Assembly (NCBI GenBank): GCA_963920595.1
Contig: OY986946.1
Span: forward strand, 9,362,001 to 9,426,000
Direction of reading: 5' to 3'
Origin: Eimeria praecox
Taxonomy: Eukaryota
DNA length: 64,000 nt
A model generated the notes under the pieces. The model saw nothing but the letters and a program-made list of their open reading frames with translations, was not told where the DNA came from and made no database searches. A program made the position numbers and the translations under genes. The first letter of the stretch is position 1. The number at the start of each line of letters is the position of its first letter. This document shows, one piece after another, positions 63,894 through 64,000 of this stretch.

Positions 63894-64000
63894 ATTGCGC
63901 TGTCTTTGGGTTTTTAGTGCTCCTTCGCTAGCATGAGGGGACTGCCGTTGCAGCAGCAGCAGCAGCTGCTGCTGCTGCGTGTCTTGCTGCTGCTGCTATT

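Overview
Eukaryotic, intron-rich window with the repeat signature of a coccidian (Eimeria-type) genome: CAG/GCT triplets, interstitial telomere-like AAACCCT arrays, TGCATGCA palindromes and (TA)n tracts. The species cannot be determined from the sequence. Splicing by hand gives seven genes: (1) the 3' part of a FAB1/PIKfyve-like lipid kinase (+, to 9390); (2) a 4-exon stand-alone bacterial-type NFACT-R (DUF814) protein with a signal-peptide-like leader (-, 11097-14177); (3) a 14-exon apicoplast-type DNA gyrase A (+, 14963-42321), head-to-head with gene 2, whose 10th intron (~18 kb) is filled by a 127-bp polypyrimidine satellite; (4) an apparently intronless, membrane-less, motif-degenerate NAD(P) transhydrogenase dIII-dI fusion (-, 43330-45930); (5) a CASP/Coy1 golgin (+, 47169-53727); (6) a multi-PHD-finger protein (-, 54432-60706); (7) a tandem CCCH zinc-finger gene (+, ~61420 to beyond the window). 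Most ORFs in the supplied track, including the 5890-aa one, are repeat artefacts. The best candidates for novelty are the soluble transhydrogenase-like protein, the putatively apicoplast-targeted NFACT-R gene paired with gyrA, and introns built as (CCCTAAA)n-core-(TTTAGGG)n. All homology calls are motif recognition from memory; no searches were run.
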